From assembly GCA_965215885.1 (NCBI GenBank), contig CBDCEW010000075.1, positions 13,582 to 77,581 on the forward strand: a DNA stretch of 64,000 nucleotides, written 5' to 3'. Position numbers and translations under genes: made by a program. This document shows, piece by piece, positions 21,901-31,752 of this stretch. Positions within the stretch are counted from its first letter, which is position 1. Each line of letters begins with the position of its first letter. Origin of the DNA: Candidatus Moanibacter sp. (GTDB lineage Bacteria > Verrucomicrobiota > Verrucomicrobiia > Opitutales > UBA2987). Below the pieces are notes generated by a model. It was not told the origin of the DNA. It saw only the letters and a program-made list of their open reading frames with translations, and searched no databases.

Positions 21901-23745
21901 CATTTCGAAATCCTGCATCCAGAAAACCCCGCCCTCTTTCAACTTCATACTGTAGGGCCGTTCGTTGATCACTTTCAGCCCCATGTTTTCCAGCATCGGC
22001 AGCACCTCGAATATCGGGATCGGCCTTTCCCGTCGGAAAAGCTTGAATCTCAAATGTTCTTCTCGAAAAGCCGCGGAGCGATACAAGCTCATATCAATGC
22101 TCTCTTCCGTCTCTCTGAGATTGTCCATTTTCAGAACGTCAATCGCGGCAGCCTGAGGTGAAACATCCTCCATATACGCAGCCGGAAAGGACCCTTCGAA
22201 TCGTCGAAAAAGACCCAGGCCGCTCTCTTCTCCAATTCGTGTGACGAGGGCCTCGCGAAGGGCATCTTCCCACGATCTCACGACATTGACGATCTTCTCT
22301 TCGATCTCCGACACATTGATTCCGAGTGCCCGATCCGTCTTCGTCCGCACGAGGTAATATACCCGTGCCAGAATCGATTCCGATAGTTGAACTCGCGCCT
22401 CTACAGACTCACCGTTCAACTCACTCAGCAGTATCCCCTCAACTTTCTTGCGGACCTCGGTGTGATAACGGTCGCGCGGTATATAAACGATACAGGCGTA
22501 AAATCGCTCAAAAGTATCTCTCCTCACGAGAAGCTTCACCTTGCGCCGTTCCTGGAGGTTCAGAATTTCATTCGTCAGCCTTACCAGTTCGCTGACCGAA
22601 CATTGGAAAAGTTCATCTCTGGGAAACGTATCCAGAATGTGCATTAAGGCTTTACCGTCGTGACTCGTTGGAATAAGCTTGGAGCGCGCCATCACCCGCC
22701 GAACCTTGTGTCGCAGCAGAGGAATCTCCCGTGGACTCTGATTATATGCTAGACTGGTAAAGAGGCCCAAAAATCGTTTTTCACCTATGGGTCTGCCTTT
22801 CAGGTCAAACAGTTTGACCCCGATATAATCGAGGTAGGCCCCGCGATGCACTGTCGCCTTTGAATTGGCCTTTGTTATCACTAACGCCTCCTTCGCTGAA
22901 ATCTGTTTGAGCGTTTCTCTGGAAAGTACCGCTCCCGAACGCGCGGACCTTCTTTTCGACCTTCTCAGTATCCCAAGGCCTGTTCTCGCTACGGGAATCA
23001 AAACCTTCTTCCCCCCTTCGCTCTCAAGTCGATACTCACGGTACCCGAGAAAGGTAAAATTTCTGTCAACCATCCAGTCCAGGAATGCCTTGCTTTCAAA
23101 TATGATGGCCTGTTCGAGCGGAGGTGGATCCGTCGTCAGCTCATTGCAGACCTCTCGCGCTTTGTCGCACATTGCCCCCCAATCCGTTATCGCCACCCGC
23201 AGATCGGCCATCGCCTTCGAAATGTCCCTCTTTAATTCCGCGATGAGCGCAGCATCCCTCTCGCGTTCAATCTCAACGTGTTGAATCGATTCTTGAACGG
23301 CGCCATCCTGCCTCAGGATGCGCGGCAGCACTTCCTTCAGGCGCCCTCTGGCATCCCTCTGCAAGGAAATAATCGGATGCATTGTTATCTGAATGGAAAG
23401 CCCGTGTTTGTTCAGCGCCAGGCTTAGTGAGTCCACCAGAAAAGGCATGTCGTCGTTGACCAACTCGATTACTGTACGCGTTGAACTCCACCCGTGCTTC
23501 CTCTTGTCGGGATTAAATATCCTGAACTTTGCCTCATTACTCTTTCGGTTCACGGCAAACTTATATAGATCGACTCCCAGCGCACAGAGGTCTTCCGGCG
23601 TCCTCCTTAGGAGGTCTTCTGCCGCCACGGATTCGTAAAGCTGCTGAATAAAGCGGCCTGCGTTCCCCGATTCCTTCACGGAAACGCGCTTCTTCGATAG
23701 TTCGATTATTTCGTCTATCAGTCCCAGAGTGCTTTTCTTTTCCAT
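18931..23745 (-). CDS. gdhB: Large NAD-specific glutamate dehydrogenase
   Basis: 1604 aa; RGGLRWSDR, VAADKGTATFSD, GDMSGDVFGNG, DNSGGVDCSD. Confidence 0.96.
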   Translation of the reverse strand: MEKKSTLGLIDEIIELSKKRVSVKESGNAGRFIQQLYESVAAEDLLRRTPEDLCALGVDLYKFAVNRKSNEAKFRIFNPDKRKHGWSSTRTVIELVNDDMPFLVDSLSLALNKHGLSIQITMHPIISLQRDARGRLKEVLPRILRQDGAVQESIQHVEIERERDAALIAELKRDISKAMADLRVAITDWGAMCDKAREVCNELTTDPPPLEQAIIFESKAFLDWMVDRNFTFLGYREYRLESEGGKKVLIPVARTGLGILRRSKRRSARSGAVLSRETLKQISAKEALVITKANSKATVHRGAYLDYIGVKLFDLKGRPIGEKRFLGLFTSLAYNQSPREIPLLRHKVRRVMARSKLIPTSHDGKALMHILDTFPRDELFQCSVSELVRLTNEILNLQERRKVKLLVRRDTFERFYACIVYIPRDRYHTEVRKKVEGILLSELNGESVEARVQLSESILARVYYLVRTKTDRALGINVSEIEEKIVNVVRSWEDALREALVTRIGEESGLGLFRRFEGSFPAAYMEDVSPQAAAIDVLKMDNLRETEESIDMSLYRSAAFREEHLRFKLFRRERPIPIFEVLPMLENMGLKVINERPYSMKLKEGGVFWMQDFEMAYGADGQVDPGEVESLFKEAFRRSWRGEAENDGFNRLVLAARLSWRQTALLRACCKYLLQIRVPFSQSYMEATLNRNARIAQLMVELFEARFALGRSIKRRKGDVEKCNAAILKALDAVASLDEDRILRGFHNMINACLRTNYFQRDSNGREKPYLSLKLEPSRIPDMPLPLPMFEIFVYSPRVEGVHLRGGRVARGGLRWSDRREDFRTEVLGLVKAQMVKNTIIVPVGAKGGFVVKRPPQSVDKQEMMDEVVACYRNFIRGLLDLTDNLVNGKVVPPRMVVRHDEDDPYLVVAADKGTATFSDIANALSQEYGFWLGDGFASGGSVGYDHKKMGITAKGAWESVKRLFRDRGIDIQTTEFAVAGIGDMSGDVFGNGMLQSRFIKLQAAFNHMHIFLDPDADPEMSFAERERLFNKTGSTWEDYDRGLLSKGGEVYSRSEKQIRLSPEAKAMLEVEADAFTPQELIRAILRMPVDLLWNGGIGTYFKAKQESHSDVGDRANDEVRVNGEELRCGIVGEGGNLGFTQLSRVEYAFCGGLINTDFIDNSGGVDCSDREVNIKILLNIARLEGLLSEKNRRRLLRNMTDTVTSLVLLDNYRQSQAISMMASQSSDRISEYAHLIRLLEQRGELDRELEFLPRDEEISDRIRTGKSFTRPELAVLLAYGKRTFYSALVASDVPEDPYFSGELQLYFPDLLRRKFGRLMGRHPLYREIISLHVTSSMVHRMGPTFIFRMREENDAEPASVARAYTIARDAFKMREVWKSIEALDHKVPADVQYSMMYQTSRSLKHVTRWLLQRPARYNDIASAVALFQPGVAMIMEKLSTFLPKPGQYKEAIRGLVESGVSRKLAQRVAGLSFMYAVLDIVEVAKDTRRAVKHVAAIYFMAGDKLSLNWIGEQIEGLTVSGRWQAAARGTLRENLFLVHRLLTTEMIGAKREASPSHAVEEWLRRKSNRVSRLERIINDMKSIGPLDFATVSVALQEVRKLVS

Positions 23746-24133
23746 CCCAGTCCTTTTTCAGAATCGTACGACAGCCGAAAAAAAGCCTACTCCCCGTCTC
23801 CCTCAGCGGCACGACGGGAAATCTATCGCTTCTACCATTCGGAACCGGCTATCGTTCTGCAAGGTGTTTTTTGGAATCCTTCAGCCCTCCCGCAGTAATC
23901 GTTGTCGCCGTCCCGCGCCGCATGCCCAACGTACACCCAGGGCGAAATTTTTAGCGAAATTGACGCCTCAGGACTCTTTTTTAAGATTTTTCCCACGGTG
24001 GGCTTCCCTCCGTCGCCGAAGGCTATGGAGGACAGGCCGCCCCATCCCACTGTGCCCGTCAGTGTCCCTCGCTGCCCTTGTCGTGTAGAGACTTTATTCA
24101 GCTTTCGTCCTTCCCGAGAACGTAGGAAAATTC

Positions 24134-24171
24134 CAAAAAAATAGGACGGACCCTTAAACCGGAATCCGTCC
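24134..24171 (-). terminator. Intrinsic terminator-like hairpin
   Basis: GGACGGA/TCCGTCC stem followed on the minus strand by TATTTTTTT. Confidence 0.6.
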
Positions 24172-24846
24172 CACTTTTACCAGTACCAGTAGTGCGTAGC
24201 AGCACTAGTAATAAAAGCTCAAGGAAGCTTTACGTCATTCATAATTTCTACCTACCAAATAGCGTAATAGTTGTCGTTCTCAGGACCGTATCCATTATCG
24301 TGATTTATTTGTTTTCTTCTCTCTCTCACTTCTCAAACTCCTGCTTGATCCATGAATGATAATACCTATACATTTATAAGGACATTACCCTGGAACTCAA
24401 TCCGTAAATCCCCCATTCTCGCTAAATAAATGTAAAATTGAATTTTGTAACATCCTAATTGTAAATGGCTTGTAAAATTCTTCAGATTATTACATTACCG
24501 TTACATATATAGTTTTAATACCCTCTCCCAAAAGCAATACCGAACAGATAAATTTTATAACAGTTATTCATTCGAGCCCTAATCGTAATTGGGATCGCAG
24601 TCGAAAATCGAAAGTCCTAGACTACGATTACGACCACGGCCTTCGAGTGTATTCAAGATCCCCTCCTGGGAGGGGCAAGGGGTGGGTTTCTCCAAGCCAG
24701 TTTCAGCCTTCAAAAGACATCTACCAATAGATCAGTGCTAAGTATTCCGTTGCTCGAAATCAGCCTACGCGGTTCGCCAAAGGGAGCGAATGTCTGCGTG
24801 GGTAGTGTTTGCCCAAACACTCGAGCGCCACAGCCGACCAAAATCG

Positions 24847-25887
24847 CTAAGTTTCTCTTTTTTTCCCGCTCTGAAACTTCCAGAATCCCAAAAGGACGAG
24901 AAGACCAGCAACGAAAAGCCGCACTGTCGCAGGTTCAGGAATCACTGCTATTGTGGCCGTGAAACTCGTTGAATCAAAGAATGGATTGCCGTTTGGATCG
25001 ACCACGAAATTGATGTGATCACCTGCATTTACAGCAACACCTGTCAGGCTCAAGGGACCGGTGTCACCGCTTCCTTCATTTATCACACCGGATGCCAGTA
25101 ACCCATTGGAGTCGTTGAGATCCACAAACCATGCAAAACCCGTTGCATCTTGCCCCACACCGTTTGGATCCATGTCGCCAAAGGTAAAATCGATATTCAC
25201 GCCCGTATCTAACGGGCTAAGCCAACTCATTACGACAAGACCACTACCAGGATGCATCCAGATTGTGTTATCCGGCCACAGAAAAGTTGCAGCATTACCG
25301 ATCCAGGTTATTGAACTACCTGAACTATTAACTCCAACAACCGCACCATTAACAAAAATCGAGTTTCCATCATTCCAGTACTGTGTCGGCGGATTCCATA
25401 ATGGTTCAAGTTGGCTGAAACTTGTCTGTAACTGGTATGCCCCATCGCGGACCAGGTCGTTGCTGAACCGGTAAGACCATGTCGATGACTCTGTGTTGGT
25501 TGTTAGTGAGAAGTCGTCCACCGCGGAGAATATTAATGCCGCATGAACATCCTCAGGCACAAACTTGGCAGCCAATGCTAGAGCACTGAATGGAACGGGG
25601 TCATTAACTCCTACCGCGGCACCATCAACAAGAATCGAGCGACCATCATTCAAGTATTGTGTCGGCGGATTCCATAAGTATTCAAGTTCGCTGAAACTCG
25701 TCGTTACCTGGTATGACCCATCGCGGGCCAGGTCGTTGCTGAAACGATATGACCATGTCGATGACTCTGTGCGCTCTGTTATATAGAGGTCGTCCACTGC
25801 GGAGATTATCAACGCCGCATAAACATCTCCAGCCACCATCACGACAGCCAATCCAAGAGCCCTGATCAGACTTTTCATCATTATCAT
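24847..25887 (-). CDS. PEP-CTERM exported protein with internal duplication
   Basis: Signal peptide; C-terminal IPEPAT, TM and basic tail; two repeats 276 bp apart. Confidence 0.88.
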   Translation of the reverse strand: MIMMKSLIRALGLAVVMVAGDVYAALIISAVDDLYITERTESSTWSYRFSNDLARDGSYQVTTSFSELEYLWNPPTQYLNDGRSILVDGAAVGVNDPVPFSALALAAKFVPEDVHAALIFSAVDDFSLTTNTESSTWSYRFSNDLVRDGAYQLQTSFSQLEPLWNPPTQYWNDGNSIFVNGAVVGVNSSGSSITWIGNAATFLWPDNTIWMHPGSGLVVMSWLSPLDTGVNIDFTFGDMDPNGVGQDATGFAWFVDLNDSNGLLASGVINEGSGDTGPLSLTGVAVNAGDHINFVVDPNGNPFFDSTSFTATIAVIPEPATVRLFVAGLLVLLGFWKFQSGKKRET

Positions 25888-26109
25888 TTTCTACCCTCTA
25901 ATGGTATCATTATCTATAACGATAAGCTGTTCGTCCCCGGCAGTCGGTCGCGTCCCAGAACAGCTTAACAACAGGGTGAAGAAGAGTATGCTCAGAATAA
26001 TACGGATAGTAAAACCTGAATACACCTTATTTTTCATAGTTTACCCGATAGAGAATAGATGATAGCCTCATTACCACTGCTTCGTCTATCGATGATCGCG
26101 GTGGAAGCT

Positions 26110-26180
26110 GTCGAACATTCAACATCGAACGCCGAAGGTCTTTACTTCGATGTTGGACGTTCAGTGTTCGATGTTCGATG
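26110..26180. repeat. Heptamer-based inverted repeat
   Basis: TCGAACATTCAACATCGAAC ... GTTCAGTGTTCGATGTTCGA. Confidence 0.6.
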
Positions 26181-26393
26181 TTGCCAATCACTCTTCATGA
26201 AATCTCGTAGAGTACGTTGTACGGCAGATCCGCGGTTTTCTCGAATCCGTGGTCAATTCTTCTTCATTCGTCCCGGCTCGCCGGGATGCATTAGCGGTTC
26301 TCTTCTTCTCTTTGGTTGCGGCTTTGCCGCTCCAAGAAACCTATGCCGCGGTAAATGATGCAGGCCATAGGCACTTGATCGGTTGCGGTCCGT

Positions 26394-29033
26394 TCACACC
26401 CTTTTGTTCAGCAAATCCCTAATAGCGGATCCGGTAAAGCGGATGAACGGTTCGTAGAGCAGCAGGGTGTGGAAACCGGGAACCGTGAGCACATCGATCG
26501 GGCTTGAGGTCATGCCTCTCCAGCCGAGAGACCGGTTCCGTGCCGCCTTTGGGGAGAACTGGATTTCCGCCCGCACGAGCGCCACCGGGCAGTCCAGTTT
26601 CCGGGGCTGATACTGTTCATAGGCGACCTGATGATTGGCAAACAGACGTTCCCGATAGGCGGCTGAATCCGGTTTCGGCGACTCGTCATCCAGTCTGTGG
26701 GATTCCATTCGATGACGGATCTTCGATGTCAGGTAAACTCTCCGTTTCGAGGGTGGTAGATAGCGCAACACCTGGCCATGCAATCGGATTTTCTGAAACA
26801 GAACGTAGGCGTGCCGCATGGGGCCGCGAATGTAACGGAGCCTTTCCGTTACGACACCCGGGCCGTAGGTGTCGATCAGGATCAATCGTCCGACCGTCTC
26901 ACCGAGAGCACGCAGTTGCCGTGCCGTTTCCCAGGCGGCCATGCCCCCGTAGGAAATGCCGCACAGATAAAACGGGCCCCTGAGTTGGATCGACCGGAGG
27001 TCGTTGATCAACGAGGCGACCTCTTCCTCAAGCGTTTCCCTTGAACGGCTGTCGCTACCGGGCAGTCCGGGTCGCAGGCAATAGATCGGTTGGTCCGATC
27101 CCAAGGTGCGAGCCAGGTCGCGATAAATCAGCCCGTCCCCTCCTCCCTGCGGAAAACAGAAGAGCGGAGGGCGCAATCCGGTAGGGGTTAGAGGCAGCAC
27201 AGTCGACCAGGCGAGGCATCTCGATGGATCCCGCAAGGCGGCGGCCATCGCTTCCACCGTGGGCGCCTCGAACACTACGCTTGCCGGAAGATTTACTCTC
27301 AGGGTACGGCACAAATCGTCCACGAGTTCCATCGCGGAGAGAGAATTTCCACCGAGATCGAAAAAGGATTCGTCTTCGCTCAGGGAGGGAACCCGAAGTG
27401 CCTTCCTCCAGAGACCGAACAAAACCGATTTCAGCGTTTCGCTCTCTTCAACCGAAGTCGAAGAAGGTGTGGCTAGGCGATCCGCCGCCATCTGTTGCAA
27501 TGCTCTTCGGTCGGCCTTGCCGTTCGGCGTCAAGGGAATGGCCTCCAGAAGGACAAACTCGGAAGGAATCATGTATTCTGGAAGATCCCGGCTCAGTTCC
27601 TGACGCAATGTCCTGGCATCGGGAGGGGGTGACACGGCGGGTATCACGAATCCCATCAGCCGGAACTCCCCTGTCTCCAGACTATAAGGTTCCACAATCG
27701 CCTGATCCACAATTTCCAACCTGTTTAAGGCGGCTTCGACGGCCAAGGGATCGACGCGGAACCCGCGGATTTTCACTTGATTGTCCTTTCTTCCCAGGTG
27801 TTCGAGGCAGCCGTCTTTTCGCCATCGCCCGAGATCACCAGTGCGAAACCGCACGGCGCCTCGTCCATCCTCAACCGGTTGGAAACGGGTCCGCGTCTTT
27901 TCGGGATCTCTCCAGTAACCCGAGGTCAGATAGGGGCTGGTCACAGTGATTTCCCCGATCTCCCCCGGAGCAACCGATTGTCCCGCTTCGTCCAGCAAGG
28001 TGATCTCCTCGTCCTCCAACGGGCGGCCCACCGGCACCATCGTCCCATCGATCCGTGTATTTCGGTCGATTCTAAAATGACAGAGATTACTGCCGGTTTC
28101 CGTCATTCCCAGTCCGTTGACCATTATGCAATCCTGATGAATCCGGTTGCGGAACAGTTCCACATCGGATGCAAACATCGGTTCTCCACCCAGCTTTATC
28201 AGGCGCAGACAGGGGAAATGGTTGGTCCCCTCCAAACTTCGGACCAAGAGCCGAAACAGGCTGGGCACCGTCTGGAGAATCGTTATGGCCTCCTCGTTCA
28301 GCCGCCGGATCAGGGTCTGCAGCCCACAGGAACGAAAATCAAATGGCAACACGCAGGCTCCGTTCAGAAGGGCGCCGAACAAGGGCGACAATGAGGCGGC
28401 AAAGCTGGCTGAAGTTAAAAGTAAAAGGCGGTCGTCCGCCGTGATTTCCAGGCATCGGGAGTAATTGCGGATGGCATGCAGAAGGCACCGATGATTACGA
28501 AGGATGCCCTTGGGCAGCCCCTCGGATCCCGAGGTGTAGGAAATGCAGAAGGGATCCCCGGAATGAGATAGCCTTGCCTCGAACCCATTCCCGGGAGCTG
28601 GAGGCAGCGCCTCGATATCGAGGATGTGAAGGTCGGGCAAAGTGTTCCAGGCCTCGGCCCCCGGATCAGAGATTACCATGGCTCGCGCGCCGGAATCGCC
28701 GAGGATTTGACGCACCATTTTTGCTGGAAATGCCCGGTCAAGGGCGACGTAAGGATGTCCTGCCATCAAGGTGCCGAGAATTCCGGTCACGAGAGAGGCG
28801 TCGTGGTCCAACATCAGGGCAATCGGAGATGTGTCGGCCCGGGAACGCGTTTCTGAGATCCAACTCGCGAGGCGACGCGCATCCTCCCATAAGTCCTCAT
28901 AAGCGATCTGCCGGGTTCCATCATCCACCGCGATCCGATGCGGGTGTTTTTTGACCATCTGCCGAAACCGATCCACGACGGAAGATTCGAGAACCGATTT
29001 TGAGAAGGACGGGGTCGGATGTGTTACGCTCAT
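26394..29033 (-). CDS. Standalone NRPS-like enzyme (A-PCP-TE)
   Basis: YTSGSEGLPKG, RTGDLGR, QVKIRGFR, TPNGKADR; PCP FFDLGGNSL; TE GISYGG and C-terminal His. Confidence 0.93.
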   Translation of the reverse strand: MSVTHPTPSFSKSVLESSVVDRFRQMVKKHPHRIAVDDGTRQIAYEDLWEDARRLASWISETRSRADTSPIALMLDHDASLVTGILGTLMAGHPYVALDRAFPAKMVRQILGDSGARAMVISDPGAEAWNTLPDLHILDIEALPPAPGNGFEARLSHSGDPFCISYTSGSEGLPKGILRNHRCLLHAIRNYSRCLEITADDRLLLLTSASFAASLSPLFGALLNGACVLPFDFRSCGLQTLIRRLNEEAITILQTVPSLFRLLVRSLEGTNHFPCLRLIKLGGEPMFASDVELFRNRIHQDCIMVNGLGMTETGSNLCHFRIDRNTRIDGTMVPVGRPLEDEEITLLDEAGQSVAPGEIGEITVTSPYLTSGYWRDPEKTRTRFQPVEDGRGAVRFRTGDLGRWRKDGCLEHLGRKDNQVKIRGFRVDPLAVEAALNRLEIVDQAIVEPYSLETGEFRLMGFVIPAVSPPPDARTLRQELSRDLPEYMIPSEFVLLEAIPLTPNGKADRRALQQMAADRLATPSSTSVEESETLKSVLFGLWRKALRVPSLSEDESFFDLGGNSLSAMELVDDLCRTLRVNLPASVVFEAPTVEAMAAALRDPSRCLAWSTVLPLTPTGLRPPLFCFPQGGGDGLIYRDLARTLGSDQPIYCLRPGLPGSDSRSRETLEEEVASLINDLRSIQLRGPFYLCGISYGGMAAWETARQLRALGETVGRLILIDTYGPGVVTERLRYIRGPMRHAYVLFQKIRLHGQVLRYLPPSKRRVYLTSKIRHRMESHRLDDESPKPDSAAYRERLFANHQVAYEQYQPRKLDCPVALVRAEIQFSPKAARNRSLGWRGMTSSPIDVLTVPGFHTLLLYEPFIRFTGSAIRDLLNKRV

Positions 29034-29170
29034 TGTCTGTCGCGCTGGAATCCATCCGAGGAATCCGAAAGGAGGCGCCTCTGATCGATCAATTCCCCTT
29101 TGGCGGGCCGCAGCATCCGGGCGTTGAAGTAGTCCTGCTGCAGGTCAATCAACAGAAGCGCAGGTCTCAT
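29030..29170 (-). pseudogene. Truncated isochorismatase-family gene
   Basis: MRPALLLIDLQQDYF N-terminus, stops after 46 codons; overlaps both neighbours. Confidence 0.7.
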
Positions 29171-29835
29171 GGGGCCATTCCTTTTGCACCGCGCGGGCGA
29201 CCAGGTCCCCCAGTTTCTGGGTGCCCGCGACGCGGCAATCTGGTTCTCGCATATCCGCGGTGCGCCAACCCTCGCTCCAGACTCGGCGCAACGCAGCCTC
29301 GAGCGCTTGGGCTTCATCGAACCGTCCGAAGGATTCACGGAGCATCATGGCCAGGCTGAGGATCTGGCCGGCTGGATTCGCCTGGCCGGTTCCCGCCAGA
29401 TCCCGCGCGGAGCCGTGATTGGTTTGGTAGACGGAAGCGCCTTCCCGCGAATAGTTACCGGAAAATGTTAGACCGCGGGACCCGACTAGAACCCCGCCCA
29501 GATCGGCCAGGATGTCGCCGTAGAGGTTTGGGGCCACCATGACATCCAATTCGCCGGCATGCTGGATCATCTTGTATCCCGCCAGATCCACATTGAGGAA
29601 GGAGGCGTTGATATCGAAATCCAGCAGCACTTCACCAGCCACCGTGCGCCAGAGACGGCTCACGGAAGGGACCCCGCCGTCCTTGACGATGACTGCAAGC
29701 TGTCCTCTGCGACGTACCGCCAGACGTGCAGCGACTTCTACGATGGCGCGGATTTCCTCCTCATTGTAGCGGAACGAAAACTCCGCAATACGCCCGTCAG
29801 TGGAGGTACTTCGCAGATCGCCTTCTCCCTAGTAA

Positions 29836-31752
29836 GACCTTATCCGAAAAGCTACTGATTGGCCGCAAAGAGGCGCAAAAGGCGCAAGAAAAACTTGAGA
29901 AAAATCATTTTTTGGCTTGATAAAAAGTGTCGCAACATGCTAGTGTTTAACAACTTAAGATTAAGAAAGGAGTTAAACATGCCAACATGTGCGACAGAGG
30001 AGAACAAAAGCGATAAGACGCCCCTTAGCAACCTCATTCTGCCGGTTCCAGACACGGATTTCCGTGATTTTCTGGATGAAGTTGAAGAATTGGCCGGGTT
30101 CGCGGCGCAAATCATCGAGGCGATCGAGAAGGATCTGGACGCCCATGCGCGTGAGAAGAAGAAACTTCGATTGGAAGATCGCAGGTTCTTTGAAGGGCGC
30201 ACAGCGGAGCTGCCGGAGCTGGACATCGAGGAGGAGAATATTCTGGCTGCTGAATTGAATCTTGGGGCAGGCCGGCCGCGGATGCCGGCTTATGCGGTAT
30301 ACGTGTTCGTGATGATTCGAGGGTTTCTGGGTTCGTTGACCACGAAACCGGCACGGCGGTTTGTGCGCGAGTCGATGAGCTTGTACGGATTTTTGCAGAG
30401 CGGGGGACTGAGAATGCCGGCGGTGACGACGATTCTGGAGAACGTGAACCTGGTCAGCCATACGACCCGCGAGTTGATCTTTGATAAACAGATTGGGTTT
30501 ATCCTCCAGGAGCAATGGGACGATTTCGGGAAGCTGACGATCGACAGCACCTCGGTGAAAGCAAACAGCTGCTGGCCCACCGATGGGAAGATTCTGAGCG
30601 GTCTTTTGATGCGGGCCAATCGTTTGGGTCAGAAGTTGCATGTCTTCGGGCTGGAGGATTTTCGCAAGGGATGGGTTGGGCGTTGGCTGGAGGAAATGGA
30701 CAAGCTGGAGTTTCAGATTTGTCTGGCCGCGGGCAAACCGAAGTCGAAGGGCAAGCTGAAGAAACACTACCGGCGGTTGCTCAAGCGGGGCCGCAAGGCG
30801 GCCGACTCACTAACGGGGGAACTGAGCCATCTTGAAGAGGGCCTGTCGATGGATTCACTGCCTCCCACTCGCCGGGAGCTTCTGGAGCGGGCATTGAGCC
30901 AGATCAGGGGCGATATTGCCGACGCCAAGCGGGTTGTTGAGTATGCTCATGATCGGGTGTTTCACGAAAAGAAGCTACCGTCCACACAGAAGGTCCTGAG
31001 CCTCTCGGACGGATCGGCGGCCTACATCAAGAAGGGCAGCCGCAATCCAGTGATCGGGTACAAGCCACAACTGGTTCGCAGCGAAAACGGTTTTGTCACC
31101 AGCCTGATCGTACCGCAAGGCAACGCGGCAGACTCCATTGAGCTGGCGCCGGCCATCGGCGATTCGATCAAGCGCACCGGTGTCATTGCTGAACTGGTCA
31201 GCACCGATGACGGATATGCTTCGGCGAAGGGACGCAAGGAGGTGCTGAGCATGGGGGTAAAGCAGATCAGTATCAGTGGGGCGAAGGGCAAGAAGTTGAC
31301 CACCCCCGAGGACTGGGAGAGCGAGGCGTATCGCGAGGCACGCCGCGATCGCTCCGCAGTGGAGTCGCTGATGTTCACGATTAAAGATGGATTTGCCTTT
31401 GGCGAACTCGGCCGCCGCGGCATCGATGCGGTAGGCGATGAACTGCTCGAGAAGGTTCTGGCCTACAACTTCTGCCGCATCATACTGATGAAGAAACGCC
31501 GAGGGGAGGAACTGGAACAGGCAGCCTGAATCTGACCGCTTTGAAGCTCAGAGAAAAAAGCACCACGGGATGAGTATGCCTCCAGACAGCGGCAAATATA
31601 CGTATTGTGCAGCAAGCCACGCCGATGGCCGCTCAATACCTGCTCATCGGCAGCGCCGGCAGCCTAAAACCCGAAACCTGCCAGCCATAGGCTGGTCCGC
31701 CCGTGGCGGAGAACCTTAAACCGCCCGCTCGAAAGGCTTTTCGAATGGGGTC
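29836..31752 (+). mobile_element. IS element, ISNCY/IS5/IS1182-like DDE
   Basis: TIRs GACCTTATCCGAAAAGC / GCTTTTCGAATGGGGTC; flanking direct repeat TAGTAA (29830-29835, 31753-31758). Confidence 0.9.
29979..31529 (+). CDS. DDE transposase
   Basis: TIDSTSVKAN..PTD, GYKPQL, TDDGY, RSAVES; ATG after AAGGAG. Confidence 0.9.
   Translation: MPTCATEENKSDKTPLSNLILPVPDTDFRDFLDEVEELAGFAAQIIEAIEKDLDAHAREKKKLRLEDRRFFEGRTAELPELDIEEENILAAELNLGAGRPRMPAYAVYVFVMIRGFLGSLTTKPARRFVRESMSLYGFLQSGGLRMPAVTTILENVNLVSHTTRELIFDKQIGFILQEQWDDFGKLTIDSTSVKANSCWPTDGKILSGLLMRANRLGQKLHVFGLEDFRKGWVGRWLEEMDKLEFQICLAAGKPKSKGKLKKHYRRLLKRGRKAADSLTGELSHLEEGLSMDSLPPTRRELLERALSQIRGDIADAKRVVEYAHDRVFHEKKLPSTQKVLSLSDGSAAYIKKGSRNPVIGYKPQLVRSENGFVTSLIVPQGNAADSIELAPAIGDSIKRTGVIAELVSTDDGYASAKGRKEVLSMGVKQISISGAKGKKLTTPEDWESEAYREARRDRSAVESLMFTIKDGFAFGELGRRGIDAVGDELLEKVLAYNFCRIILMKKRRGEELEQAA

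Noticed and set aside
24177..24242. Selenocysteine or alternative-code reading of the in-frame TGA
   Set aside because: TGA ends many genes here (standard code) and no SECIS-like hairpin follows the codon
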